Source of the DNA: Hypanus sabinus
Lineage: Eukaryota
Assembly: GCF_030144855.1 (NCBI RefSeq)
Contig: NC_082711.1
Location: 37,572,001-37,636,000 of the forward strand
Direction of reading: 5' to 3'
Length of the DNA stretch: 64,000 nucleotides
Positions 63,781 through 64,000 of this stretch are shown here, one piece after another; position 1 is the stretch's first letter, and each line of letters begins with the position of its first letter. Both the position numbers and the translations under genes were made by a program. Below the pieces are notes generated by a model. It did not search any database. It had not been told where the DNA came from and worked only from the letters and a program-made list of their open reading frames with translations.

Positions 63781-64000
63781 GAATTGGAGTTGGTTTATTA
63801 TTATCAAATGTACCAAGATGCAGTGAAAATCCTGTCTTGCATACTGTTCATACAGATCAAATCATTTCAAAGTGCATTGAGGTAGAACACAGTAAAACAA
63901 TAACAATGCAGAAGAAAGAGTAACAGTTAAAAAGAAAGGCAGTAAAGGTAAACAATATGATGCGAGATTATAATAATGTAGATTGTGAAGTCAAGAGTCC
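63781..64000 (-). mobile_element. 3'UTR of a Rex/Babar-type LINE, continues beyond the window
   Basis: GGTTTATTATT..TGTACCAAGATGCAGTGAAAA..CTTGCATAC, similar to 49770-49900. Confidence 0.55.

Noticed and set aside
1-64000. CRISPR arrays, prokaryotic operons, rRNA, or exons of expected neighbours CCNY/FZD8
   Set aside because: Nothing recognisable; remaining short ORFs are retroelement fragments, their antisense frames or random.

Overview
Vertebrate, repeat-dominated genomic DNA. The mix of CR1, Rex/Babar, Penelope and V-SINE-like repeats resembles a cartilaginous fish, probably a ray; this is an inference. I can support one host gene: a minus-strand delta-type connexin, most like GJD4 (Cx40.1/Cx39). 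It has a 64-nt coding exon at 43547-43610, which the ORF track misses, a 13.3-kb phase-1 intron, and a main exon at 28998-30220. The spliced product is 428 aa and ends in KSEWV. Just upstream, in a CpG-enriched segment, a second phase-1 donor and an extra acceptor suggest either a 5'UTR exon with a uORF or an alternative N-terminus. Most of the remaining sequence is nested, decayed retroelements: CR1 LINEs (one young with a near-intact ORF2, two with ORF1), Rex/Babar LINEs, RTE elements with target-site duplications (TSDs), Penelope-like elements carrying decayed minimal hammerhead ribozymes, tRNA-derived SINEs and a solo LTR. Two perfect hairpin-sized inverted repeats also stand out. I found no convincing wholly new multi-gene system. 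Repeat boundaries were read by eye (about +/-30 bp unless a TSD is given) and family names come from motif recognition, not database searches.
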